Shown: positions 29,989 through 39,730 of the stretch, piece after piece
Numbering within the stretch: the stretch's first letter is position 1
Layout of the letters: each line of letters opens with the position of its first letter
Source of the DNA: Nannocystales bacterium
GTDB taxonomy: Bacteria; Myxococcota_A; Polyangia; Nannocystales; Nannocystaceae
Direction: 5' to 3'
DNA length: 64,000 nt
NCBI GenBank assembly: GCA_050633305.1
Contig: JBOEGF010000014.1
Location: 363,436-427,435, forward strand
Translations under genes and position numbers: made by a program
Notes under the pieces: model-generated
What the model was told of the DNA's origin: nothing
Database searches by the model: none
The model's input: the letters and a program-made list of their open reading frames with translations, nothing else

Positions 29989-30615
29989 GTGGCGACAGAT
30001 GAGCAGCTGCTGCGCCGTTGGCGGGAAGGCGATCAGCGTGCGGGCGAGCAGCTGTTCGACCGCCACTTCGACTCTCTGTTTCGCTTCTTCTTCTCGAAGG
30101 CGGAGGACGTCGCCGAGGACCTCACGCAGGAGACCTTGCTTGCGTGTGTCGGGAGCCGTGATCGGATTCGCGAGGACCACCGATTTCGCGCGTTCATGTT
30201 CACCATCGCGCGCCGGGTCTTGTACGCCCACTACGGAAAGAAACGTCGCAGGGTCGACGTGCCGTTGGGCTCGCTCTCGGCGGTCGACCTCTCGCCGGGC
30301 GTCACGGGGCTGATCGCTGAGAAACAGGACTCGCGGATCTTCCTCGAGGCGCTCCGCAGTCTCCCCCTCGACTATCAGATCGCGCTCGAGCTGCACGTCT
30401 GGGAATCGCTGACTGGGCCCGAGATCGCCGCCGTCGTCGAGGCCCCCGAAGGGACGATTCGCAGCCGGATTCGCCGCGCCCGCCTGCAGCTGGAGGAGAA
30501 GATTCACGAGCTTTCGGGCTCTTCGAAGGCCTTACAGTCGACCAGTACCCAAATCGACACGTGGGCGGAGAACGTCCGTGAGCTGCTCTCCAAACAGCGG
30601 GGTGCCGGGGATTGA
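29989..30615 (+). CDS. ECF sigma-70 family factor (kinase-associated)
   Basis: VATDEQLLRRWREGD, AEDLTQETL, FRAFMFTIAR, LHVWESLTGPEIA..GTIRSRIRRAR. Confidence 0.92.
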   Translation: MATDEQLLRRWREGDQRAGEQLFDRHFDSLFRFFFSKAEDVAEDLTQETLLACVGSRDRIREDHRFRAFMFTIARRVLYAHYGKKRRRVDVPLGSLSAVDLSPGVTGLIAEKQDSRIFLEALRSLPLDYQIALELHVWESLTGPEIAAVVEAPEGTIRSRIRRARLQLEEKIHELSGSSKALQSTSTQIDTWAENVRELLSKQRGAGD

Positions 30616-30776
30616 GCACATTGCCGGGCAGTCGGGCTGCGCGACTCGCACCCCTGGGGAGAGAAAAGAAGGGCGCGACGTGCCTTCGGTGGGAATCGAT
30701 TCGACCGCGGTGCCCCACTTCAGGAGCGGAGCACCGTACGCGACGTCCAGCAACTGCGCGCGCCCAGTGAACAGCC

Positions 30777-33700
30777 ATGTCCGACTCCCCACTCGACGGC
30801 ACGTTCCCGGACATCCTGCGGCCTGGGCCCCACACCGTCAGGGTGGACGCAGCGAAGGCCCGCCTGCGCGCACGCTTGTTTGGCCGGGCCGAGCAGGCCC
30901 CAAAGATCGGGCGCTTCGTGGTGCTTCGGCAGCTCGGTGCCGGTGCGATGGGGACGGTGTTCGCCGCCTACGATGAGCGACTCGAACGCAAGGTCGCCGT
31001 CAAAGTTCTCTCGAGCCCGACGGAAGGGTCATCGCGGGAACGTCTCCTGCGGGAGGCCAAGTCCATGGCGCGGCTTCGTCACCCAAACATCGTGCAGGTG
31101 TACGAGGTGGGTGAGCACGACGCCGAGTTCTACATCGCGATGGAGTTCGTCGACGGAGAGTCGCTGAGCACATGGCAGTCCGAGAAGGAGCACCCGTGGA
31201 AGGTGCTGGTCGAAGCCTACGTCCAAGCTGGAAGAGGGCTTGCGGCGGCGCACACGGTCGGAGTCGTTCATCGAGACTTCAAGCCTGACAACGTGATGGT
31301 CGGGTTCGACTCGGCCGGAGCGCCCGAGGTTCGGGTCCTGGACTTTGGGCTGGCGCGGTCGAACCCGGCAGAGCAATCGTCTGTCGATGCGGACGGCCCG
31401 CGGCCGGCCGAGTTGCTCTCGACGGTAGATGTGTCGCTCACGAGGACCGGCAAATCCGTCGGGACTCCGGCCTACATGGCTCCCGAGCAGATCCGCGGGC
31501 TCCCTGCGGGGGCGGCTTCGGATCAGTTTGCGCTGTGTGTTGGGCTCTGGGAGGCCTTGCATGGTGAGCACCCCTTCGCGGCAGAGACGATCGACGGGTT
31601 GTTCGAACGTGTGACCTCGGGGCGACGCGGAGCTCCGCGAAACCCGACGGTCCCGCGACGCGTGACCACAGCCCTCGAGCGTGGACTCGAGCTCGACCCC
31701 GAGGCTCGATGGCCGAGTGTGGAGGCGCTGGTGGAGGCGCTGTCGGCCAGCCTAAAACCGTGGTCGTCTCGGAGGACGTTGATGCTCATCGGTGTTGGTG
31801 CGACCTTCATCGCTGTCGGTGCAGCGTCTGTCGTGAGCACGCGCGACGAACGTTGTGCCGGGGCCCACGACCAGCTCGTTGGGATCTGGGACGACGCGAG
31901 GGCACTCGAGCTGGAGCGCTCCATGCTCGGCACCGATCTCTCGTACGCCGAGACGACATGGGCCCGGACACGCGCCGCGCTGCAGACCTACGCTGCGGAC
32001 TGGGAGTCCATGTACACCGAGGCGTGCGAGGCGACGACACTGCGAGGAGAGCAGAGTGCAGACGTGATGGCGCAACGCATGCGATGTCTTCACCGCGCCA
32101 AGGCTGGGCTCCAGGCGGCGACCACCGTGTTCGCGGAGGCGGATGCGGACGTGCTGGAGCGTGCCTCCGAGATCGTCACTCAGCTCGACCCGCTACAGCG
32201 TTGCGCCGACCTGGATGCGCTCGGCGACGACGTCCCGCCGCCCGCTGCGCATGAGGAGGCGAGCGTCGCAGAGGTGGAGGCTCTGGTCGCGCGTTCGCGT
32301 GCCGAGGCTTCTGCGGGGCACTACCCGCTCGCCCAAGAGATCGCAACGCAGGCGTCGCTGCGCGCCGAGGGGCTCACGTACGTCCCGTTGCTGGCCGAGG
32401 TCGCATGGGCCCGAGCGCTCTCCTACGACGTCTCGGACATGCGAGCGGGGCACGAGCACGATGGCCTCGAGCCGAGCCTCCGCGAGGCCTTGAGGCTTGC
32501 ATTGACGTCGCGAAAGGAAAGCCTTGCACACGGTGCGGCGACCCGGCTGATAGGACTCGTGGGCGGCCGGGTGGGTCGGGCTGAGGAGGGGCTTCGGTAC
32601 CGCGAGGTGGCCGAAGCACTGATACGGAACGACCCTCGCCGCGAGGCGCTCACGCGAGGGGCGCTGGCAAGAGTGCTTCGCAAGCAGGGCAAGCGGGCGG
32701 AGGCCCTCGAAGAGCTGCGTGCGGCGGCGCAGCTGGTGAGCGATTCTGAACCGATGCTCCGACTCGAGCTGCAGGGGCAGATTGCAAGCCTTCTCGTCGG
32801 CCTCTCGCGTGCCGACGAGGCCGAGGTGCTTCTGCGCGAGATGCTGGAAACCTACGACGGGTTCCTGGGCCCGGACCATCCAAGTCTGGGCGCGCTTCAC
32901 CGCCGGTTGGCGTTCGCGTTGATGTGGCAGCATCGCTACCCCGAGGCGGAAGCCATTTATCGGGAGGCCGTCGAGTCCTTGGTGCGTGCGTTGGGCCGCG
33001 ACCACGCCAACGTGTCCATGGCTCGTTCCGAACTCGCTGCGGTCCTCGATCAGCAGGGGAAGCATGGCGAGACCGAGGAACAGCTACGGCTCGTCATCGA
33101 GCTGCATCAACGTCGCATCATTGCTGCGGACCCCGATTCGGCAGAGGTCTTCCGTTTGATCGCGGAGGGCCGATTCGCGGATGCGGACGCGCTCGACCGC
33201 GAGTCCAGGGGCTCGCACCGCCGCTCGGTTCGTGTCGAGTATCGGACCTTGGGCACGGCGTACCAGAATCTCGCGGTGGCGCTGCGAAAACGAGGCGAGT
33301 TCGGGCGCGCCGAGCTCGAGAGCCGGCGCAATCGCGAGTTCGCAAAGCGGTCGGGTGGAGACACGGGCTATCTCTCATCGATCGGGCATCGCATCGGGTA
33401 CTTGCAGTCCCGACAGGGCCGGCACGCCGAGGCCCTCGCGGAACATCGCGCGACGCGAGCGATGCTCGAGCGCGAGCGGGACCCCACGGACCCACGAGTT
33501 CTCGGGGCGCGAGCCCATGTTGCCGATGAGCTGATGCAGCTCGGGAAGACGGCCGAAGCAGAGGCCGAGTTCCGGGGAGTGCTGGAGTTGATGGAGTCTG
33601 CCGACGTGTCACCGCTCGAGCGGGCCGGGGTCGAAACGGGCCTAGCCCAGGTTTTGCTGTCGCGAGGAGACGTCACAGGGGCGCAGCCGTTGGCCGAGTC

Positions 33701-33923
33701 GTCGTGGGGACGGCTCGAGGCCCTCAAACCGTCCGCGTTTCGTGCCGGTTCAGCCTTTGCGGTCGCGCAGGTCCGCTGGCAGGTCGCTCACGGCCCTGTG
33801 CACAGAGAGGACGCGCGGGAGCTCGCTCTTCAGGCGCTCGCGTACTTCACTCCGAGAGCAGAGTTTGCGACGGAAGCTGCCGAGATCGAGGCTTGGCTAG
33901 ACGGCAAACGCGAACCGTTGTGA
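30777..33923 (+). CDS. Membrane Ser/Thr protein kinase with TPR repeats (K3)
   Basis: GAGAMG, VAVK, HRDFKPDN, DFG, GTPAYMAPE; TM helix; GPDHPSL/GRDHANV repeats. Confidence 0.95.
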   Translation: MSDSPLDGTFPDILRPGPHTVRVDAAKARLRARLFGRAEQAPKIGRFVVLRQLGAGAMGTVFAAYDERLERKVAVKVLSSPTEGSSRERLLREAKSMARLRHPNIVQVYEVGEHDAEFYIAMEFVDGESLSTWQSEKEHPWKVLVEAYVQAGRGLAAAHTVGVVHRDFKPDNVMVGFDSAGAPEVRVLDFGLARSNPAEQSSVDADGPRPAELLSTVDVSLTRTGKSVGTPAYMAPEQIRGLPAGAASDQFALCVGLWEALHGEHPFAAETIDGLFERVTSGRRGAPRNPTVPRRVTTALERGLELDPEARWPSVEALVEALSASLKPWSSRRTLMLIGVGATFIAVGAASVVSTRDERCAGAHDQLVGIWDDARALELERSMLGTDLSYAETTWARTRAALQTYAADWESMYTEACEATTLRGEQSADVMAQRMRCLHRAKAGLQAATTVFAEADADVLERASEIVTQLDPLQRCADLDALGDDVPPPAAHEEASVAEVEALVARSRAEASAGHYPLAQEIATQASLRAEGLTYVPLLAEVAWARALSYDVSDMRAGHEHDGLEPSLREALRLALTSRKESLAHGAATRLIGLVGGRVGRAEEGLRYREVAEALIRNDPRREALTRGALARVLRKQGKRAEALEELRAAAQLVSDSEPMLRLELQGQIASLLVGLSRADEAEVLLREMLETYDGFLGPDHPSLGALHRRLAFALMWQHRYPEAEAIYREAVESLVRALGRDHANVSMARSELAAVLDQQGKHGETEEQLRLVIELHQRRIIAADPDSAEVFRLIAEGRFADADALDRESRGSHRRSVRVEYRTLGTAYQNLAVALRKRGEFGRAELESRRNREFAKRSGGDTGYLSSIGHRIGYLQSRQGRHAEALAEHRATRAMLERERDPTDPRVLGARAHVADELMQLGKTAEAEAEFRGVLELMESADVSPLERAGVETGLAQVLLSRGDVTGAQPLAESSWGRLEALKPSAFRAGSAFAVAQVRWQVAHGPVHREDARELALQALAYFTPRAEFATEAAEIEAWLDGKREPL

Positions 33924-34004
33924 GTGGATCGGGTTGCGCCGCGGTCGGTTCGCCAAGCAAGCGGCAGCGGCGAGTCGCCACGGAGAGCCGGCGGCGAAAC
34001 TGCC

Positions 34005-34364
34005 TCATCGGACGTCCGCGCCGTTGGGGACGCAGTGGCCCTCGTCGACCGCCGGGTCCTTGAAACCGCAAGTGTGTCCCGTGACGCAGACGCTGTCTTT
34101 GGTGCACGCTGCGTCGGCAGCGAGCTTGGCCTGACAGGTTCCCACTGCGGACTTCTTATCGGGTCCATTGGCCTCGAGAACCAGTGCTCCTTCCGAGTCA
34201 CGGGTGGGATGGCAATACAGATCCGCCGCGCAGCCTTTCGTTGGGGTGTCCGCGGCGTAGTTGCAGGCCGCCCCTTTCGCGGCGGGACCCTGACTCTTGT
34301 CACAACCAGGACCCACGACGACGAGGGCGAGCGAGAGGGCGAAAGAGCGGTAGAGCGCGTGCAT
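34005..34364 (-). CDS. Small Cys-rich lipoprotein
   Basis: Lipobox GPGC; eight further Cys; GAGG upstream of ATG. Confidence 0.7.
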   Translation of the reverse strand: MHALYRSFALSLALVVVGPGCDKSQGPAAKGAACNYAADTPTKGCAADLYCHPTRDSEGALVLEANGPDKKSAVGTCQAKLAADAACTKDSVCVTGHTCGFKDPAVDEGHCVPNGADVR

Positions 34365-34631
34365 CTAGGAGTCCTCGAGAACGAAACGACGCGTCCGGGA
34401 TCGCAGGTATTTCCTGGAACGCGAAAAAGGTGACCCACTGTGCCATTTCTCGCCGAGGCGCGGCAACCCGCTGTCGAGCGCTCCGCGCCGGAGACAACCG
34501 ATCTGGATCCGGTTGGGGTTCCGCGCATCAGCTTCGTCTCCGGCGCCAGCCACTGGGCCCGCTCTCTCCGAGGAAACGAAAGACATGGTTCAGGAATCGA
34601 TTGGCATCGCCCGCCCCACTACAGCGCGGAC

Positions 34632-36746
34632 ATGCAGATTGCGCAGTTTCGATCCTGTGTCGCGTTCCTTCACGGGTACGTACCGAGGCTGACGCGACGA
34701 CGGTCGAGCGGCTCAACTGGGACCCGCTCGGGCGCTGTGGCGGGATTGGTTGCGTTGGCGGTTGGCGCGCTTGTCGGATGCACGCCGGAGGAATCCGCGG
34801 GGGGAGAGGGGCAAGAGAGCTCCATGGCGTTACGAGGCGGGACACTGGCCGTCGAACCTCGGCGGCCGCTCGCCAAGGCACCGCTCCCGCACCCGATGCC
34901 GGGTCGCAGCGCGAAGGACCACCGCCTGGTCGTCAAGTTCACCGATGCCGCAGCGGTCCGTCGGACGGACCCGGGGCGTGTGAACTCGACCACCGGCCTC
35001 AACATGTCGACGCTGGAAGACTTGGCGGTCCAGACGGGGCTGCGACTGACACCCCTGTTCGATGCACCCCCCGAGGCGATTGATGCGTTCGCGCGGCGTG
35101 CCCGAGAACGCTCCGGGCGGGAGCAGCCCGACCTCGAGGGCCTGTTCCGCGTGGAACTCGAGACGGCCGACGCGACCGAACTTCGGCACGTGGGCGACCA
35201 GCTGCAAGCGCTGGACGTGGTGGAGTTCGTCTCGTTTCAAGCGACGCACGCCCCGCCTCCCGCCGACATCGACCCCCCGACGCCGGATCTCACCGGGTTC
35301 CAGGACTATCGTGGAGAGTCCCCCGGAATGAGTTTCGACGACGCCATCGCGCTGGGCTACGACGGTAGCGGGATCCAGGTCTCGGACATCGAGTACGCAT
35401 GGACACTCTCTCACGAGGAGCTGGAGGACGCCGGTATCGAGCCCGAACCCGGCGCCGCCTTGGGCACCAACTTCGCCGACCACGGCACGGCGGTGCTGGG
35501 CATCCTGGTCGCGGACGTGGGGGACTACGGCGTCGACGGGCTGTGCCCGGGCAGCGAGGTCCGCGTGTTCCCTCAGTACACGCCGTCGGGGGTCGATCGG
35601 GCGGAGACTGCCGTGCTCAACGCGCTGGCTGGATCGGAGCCTGGTGACGTCGTCTTGTTCGAGATGCAGATCGAGGGCGTCCAATTCGCAGGTGCACCCA
35701 AGGAGGTCGACTCGGTCTTCTGGATGCTCTCGCGCATGGCGACCGACGCGGGCATTCTCGTCGTGGGAGCCGCAGGCAATGGCTCGGTCAACCTGGACGC
35801 GCCCACACTGGAGTTCTACCGTGAGCGTGGGGACAGCGGGGCGCTCATCGTCGGGGCGGGCGAGCCCGATTCATTGGCCCCGACCGACTTCAGCAGCTAC
35901 GGAAGCCGCGTCGACGTCCAGGCTTGGGGCCGCGACGTGTTCACGACCGGGTACGGGACCCACGCCTCCTATGGCAACGACCCCCGGCAGCGCTACGACG
36001 AAGGATTTGGCGGGACGAGCAGCGCCTCTGCCCTGGTGACAGCAGCTTCCGTTTTGGTGCTCGACGCCTTTGCGCAAGCCGGTCGCGAACTCTCTCCTAC
36101 TCAGCTCAGGCAGCTCCTCATCGCCACGGGGACTCCGCAGGCAGAGGGGGTGCTCGTCGGGCCGAGAATCAACGTTGGTGCCGCCGTGCGGGCCGTCGAG
36201 GACGATGGCCCGCCGCATGTTGAGTTCTCCGCGCCGTCCGAGGATGTTGTGGTCGATGCCGCAATGCACTCCGCCACGCTCGAAGTGGAGGCCGAAGACA
36301 TGGCGGGCATCTTCAGCGTGGGCTTGCAGGTCAACGGCGAACTTCTCCCCCAGATAGACGCCGATCCGCCGTTCATCTTTTCCGACGTCGTGTTCCCAGA
36401 AGGCGCGTGGGAAGTCGTGGCGGTCGCTGAGGATGGCCTCGGCAATGTGGGGGAATCTGAACTGCTCACGATCTACGTTGGGGTGGAGCCTCCGCCACCG
36501 GAGACCTCGAGTTCTTCGGGCTCAGCAGGGACCGAGGGGGACGCCAGTACCACCGAGCCGTTCGAGACCGACGGCTCCCAGGGCACCACGACAGACGACG
36601 GGGATGCGTCGAGCGGGCCCAGTGGGGACGCCGAGGGCGACGGTTCGGGCTGTCGCGTGACGGGCTCGGGCACCTCGGGGCTCACACCTTGGTTCTTGTT
36701 GGCCTTGTTCGGCGGATGGACCCGGCGGCGGCGAGTCCGCGGATAA
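34632..36746 (+). CDS. S8 (subtilisin-like) serine peptidase with Ig-like domain and MYXO-CTERM
   Basis: Catalytic SDIEY / DHGTAVLG / AAGNG / GGTSSAS; Ser/Thr/Gly linker; C-terminal GSGC...PWFLLALFGGWTRRRR; start uncertain. Confidence 0.9.
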   Translation: MQIAQFRSCVAFLHGYVPRLTRRRSSGSTGTRSGAVAGLVALAVGALVGCTPEESAGGEGQESSMALRGGTLAVEPRRPLAKAPLPHPMPGRSAKDHRLVVKFTDAAAVRRTDPGRVNSTTGLNMSTLEDLAVQTGLRLTPLFDAPPEAIDAFARRARERSGREQPDLEGLFRVELETADATELRHVGDQLQALDVVEFVSFQATHAPPPADIDPPTPDLTGFQDYRGESPGMSFDDAIALGYDGSGIQVSDIEYAWTLSHEELEDAGIEPEPGAALGTNFADHGTAVLGILVADVGDYGVDGLCPGSEVRVFPQYTPSGVDRAETAVLNALAGSEPGDVVLFEMQIEGVQFAGAPKEVDSVFWMLSRMATDAGILVVGAAGNGSVNLDAPTLEFYRERGDSGALIVGAGEPDSLAPTDFSSYGSRVDVQAWGRDVFTTGYGTHASYGNDPRQRYDEGFGGTSSASALVTAASVLVLDAFAQAGRELSPTQLRQLLIATGTPQAEGVLVGPRINVGAAVRAVEDDGPPHVEFSAPSEDVVVDAAMHSATLEVEAEDMAGIFSVGLQVNGELLPQIDADPPFIFSDVVFPEGAWEVVAVAEDGLGNVGESELLTIYVGVEPPPPETSSSSGSAGTEGDASTTEPFETDGSQGTTTDDGDASSGPSGDAEGDGSGCRVTGSGTSGLTPWFLLALFGGWTRRRRVRG

Positions 36747-36790
36747 CGCTGCAGACCGACAACGATGGGGAGGACGCCGGTTCCGCTACA

Positions 36791-39583
36791 CTACCGAGTC
36801 GAAGCGAGCAGGGCTTGTGCCCGCTTCAGGCGGTTGCCTGGTCTGTCCTGTGCGAGCTCGACCGCGAGGTTGACGAGCGGTTCCGCCTGTTTGTGTCGAT
36901 TGGTCGTGATCAGCACTTCCCCAAGAAGAAGCAGCACGTCCACGCGATCGCCGTGCTCCGGGGGCAGGGAGGCGTCTGCAACCCGTAGCGCTTCTCGGAG
37001 TTCCTCCTCCGCGGCAACGAACTCCTCGCGCGCGAACAGGACCTTTCCAAGGGTAAGTCGGCCAAGCACGACCTCGGCATGGTCCGGACCCAGCGCCTCC
37101 ACCCGGAGCGCGAGGCCTCGTTTGGCGTCTCGGAGCGCGGCATCCAGCTCGCCCTCGGCCAGCGAGACTTCGGCCAGGTTGATGTAGATCGTGCCGAAGT
37201 CGGGATGACCCTTGGGGAGGGTCTCCTCGTAGAATGCGAGCATCTCCCGGTAGCCCTTCCGAGCGGCGTCGAAGTCTTTGCGCTTGGCTGCGTTGCCGGC
37301 CAGGTTGAGTTGGGCGCTTCGATAGAAGGCATGGTCGGTGCCCACGGCCTGCTCGTAGACTCTCAGGGCCTCTTCGTAACCCGCCTTGGCGGTCTCGGGG
37401 GCGCCGGCGTCATCGTCGAGCAGCGCGATGTTGATCAGCGAGTGGCCGATGTCTGCGTGCGGGCCTTCGTGGAGTCCGCGGTCGATCTCGAGCGAGGTTC
37501 GGTGAGCTTCGCGGGCTTTGTCCAACTCGCCGACTTTGTGGAACGCGTTGCCAAGCGTTCCATACGACGCCGACGTGTTTCGGTGGGCGTGGCCGAACAC
37601 GATCTCGGCGGAGGCTACGGTCCTCTCGGCGGCCTCGACGGCTTGCGCATAGTCGCCAGCCTCTTGGGCGAGAATCGCACGGGTAAACTGGATGTTGAGC
37701 TGCGTCGTTGGGTCGCCGCCTGCTCGCTGCCCTGCAACTTCAGCGGCGCGTGCCATCCAAGATGCGGTCTTGGGATCTCCCAGGCCGAACCCGTGGGCTT
37801 TCGCGAGGAGCAGCCAAACGTTGGCCTCGATGCGAGGATCGTCTGCGCGTGCGGCTGCTTCGGGAGCGGAGCGCAGCACCTCGACCGCGTCCTCGAATCG
37901 GTTGTTCCGCAGCAACGCGTTGCCGTAGTTCTGCAGGTACCGGGCGAGCTGGGGCCCGTGGTCGAGGGTCTGGATGCTCTCGCGAATCTCAGCGAATGCT
38001 GCGAGCGCGTCGGCTTCACGCCCCGCGACGCCCAGCGCATCGGCCCGGTCGATCTCGTGGTGCAGCCGCTTCCACTCCTTGCGGATGTCCGGGGCATCTG
38101 GAGGCGGGACCATGCTGGCGAGCAACTCCGTGTTCGCGCAGGTGTCGACCGACGGCATGGCGCCGCCGATGTTGTTTGCGGCCGCCACGGTCGAGGCTTG
38201 GGGCGTCGCGAAGGCGTCGAGCAAGGTGTCGACGCGATCGAGCCTGCGCTGCAGACAGAGCATGCGACGATCGAAGAGGCTCCCCGACTGCTCTCCGCGG
38301 ACGCGGTGTGCCTCGCAGGCGTCGAGGTGTCCGGCTTTCCACTCGTCTGTGAACGAGGCTAGAGCATCCTCGACCGCTTGATGGGCTTTGGGTGCGGCAT
38401 CGGCATTGGCACCGGCGAACGAGTCCCGAAGGCTGGACGAGCGCTTCGGGTTCCAGACCTCCTCCACTCGTGGGCTCCCGTCCGAGCATGCGGGCTCCGG
38501 GATGGCTCCGAGGCCCGCGGCGATGGATAGGGCGCTGCCGGTTAGCCCAAGAGCCACTGCGCCAAACAGCCAGCGTCCCTTTTGCTCCGCAGGGTTGCGC
38601 TGCAGAGCGACCAAGAGACTGCGCATGTCGGGCCACCGCTGAGAAGGGTCGTTGGCGAGACCGCGTTCCACCACGTTCTGAACGCGTCGGGGCACCTTGG
38701 TCTCGCGGGGAATCTCGAGTCGACGGCCGTCGCAGACATTGGCTCGTAGTTCGGCCAGGGTATCGCCAGCAAACGGTCGGTGCCCGTACAGGGCCTCGTA
38801 CAACGACACGCAGAAGGAGAACTGGTCCGAGCGTGCGTCGAGCTCCTTGCCCGCTTCGGGTGCCATGTACGCGGGGGTTCCGAGCATGCTTCCGGTGCGC
38901 GTGAGCGTGACCTCGGCTTCGGCCGAAATCCGTCCCGAGCCGGAGGCCGCGGTGTCCTGCACACTTTCTCGAACACTGGAGGCCGGGTCGTCGTCGATGT
39001 CGAGCGCACCGACGAGGCCGAAGTCGGTCACGCAGACACGGCCATCGGATCCCATCAGGACGTTGTCCGGCTTGAAGTCGCGGTGGACGAGGTCTTGCTC
39101 ATGCGCTGCCGCAAGGCCGGCGCCTGCGGCCGCGTAGACCTCGACCACCTGCTTCCACGACGGGGACGTTGAGTTCCAGTCCCGTAGGGTGCCGCCGTCG
39201 ACGAACTCCATCGCGATGAAGCTCTGACCACTGTCCATCTGGTCGACCTCGAACACGGTGATGACGTTCGGGTGGGAGAGCTTTGCCATCGCCCGGGCTT
39301 CTCGCAGCATGCGCTGAACTGCGGCGCCGCCCGAACTCGAGAACAGGCTCGCGCGGAGGACCTTGATGGCGACGCGGCGGTGCAGGTCCGGGTCATACGC
39401 GAGCACCACTTCGCCCATCGCCCCCGCCCCGAGCTGGTCGATCATCACGAACCGACCGATGCTGACCCCCCGCCGGAGTTCTGCGACGGACGGTTCGGCA
39501 CCTTCGTTCACAGTGGCGACCTCCGCTTCGGGGGGGCGGAGCGTAGACGCCGTGGCCTGGCGAGTGACGTCCTGCGGATTCAC
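36791..39583 (-). CDS. Membrane Ser/Thr protein kinase with TPR repeats (K4, no adjacent ECF)
   Basis: GAGAMG, VAIK, HRDFKPDN, DFG, GTPAYMAPE; TM helix; TPRs; start re-set to GTG 39583 (TACCCT box 7 nt upstream). Confidence 0.93.
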   Translation of the reverse strand: MNPQDVTRQATASTLRPPEAEVATVNEGAEPSVAELRRGVSIGRFVMIDQLGAGAMGEVVLAYDPDLHRRVAIKVLRASLFSSSGGAAVQRMLREARAMAKLSHPNVITVFEVDQMDSGQSFIAMEFVDGGTLRDWNSTSPSWKQVVEVYAAAGAGLAAAHEQDLVHRDFKPDNVLMGSDGRVCVTDFGLVGALDIDDDPASSVRESVQDTAASGSGRISAEAEVTLTRTGSMLGTPAYMAPEAGKELDARSDQFSFCVSLYEALYGHRPFAGDTLAELRANVCDGRRLEIPRETKVPRRVQNVVERGLANDPSQRWPDMRSLLVALQRNPAEQKGRWLFGAVALGLTGSALSIAAGLGAIPEPACSDGSPRVEEVWNPKRSSSLRDSFAGANADAAPKAHQAVEDALASFTDEWKAGHLDACEAHRVRGEQSGSLFDRRMLCLQRRLDRVDTLLDAFATPQASTVAAANNIGGAMPSVDTCANTELLASMVPPPDAPDIRKEWKRLHHEIDRADALGVAGREADALAAFAEIRESIQTLDHGPQLARYLQNYGNALLRNNRFEDAVEVLRSAPEAAARADDPRIEANVWLLLAKAHGFGLGDPKTASWMARAAEVAGQRAGGDPTTQLNIQFTRAILAQEAGDYAQAVEAAERTVASAEIVFGHAHRNTSASYGTLGNAFHKVGELDKAREAHRTSLEIDRGLHEGPHADIGHSLINIALLDDDAGAPETAKAGYEEALRVYEQAVGTDHAFYRSAQLNLAGNAAKRKDFDAARKGYREMLAFYEETLPKGHPDFGTIYINLAEVSLAEGELDAALRDAKRGLALRVEALGPDHAEVVLGRLTLGKVLFAREEFVAAEEELREALRVADASLPPEHGDRVDVLLLLGEVLITTNRHKQAEPLVNLAVELAQDRPGNRLKRAQALLASTR

Positions 39584-39730
39584 GGGAACCAGGGTACCGC
39601 TGTGTTCGTGGTACCGCCGGATGGGCTGTTTGTTTCGGCTGTTTGTGACCGGAAAGTTCGCTTTTTGCCAGGCCAAAGGCCTCTGTCGTGCGTTGAGAGC
39701 CGCCACGCCTCCGAGGCGTTGGAGCAGGTG

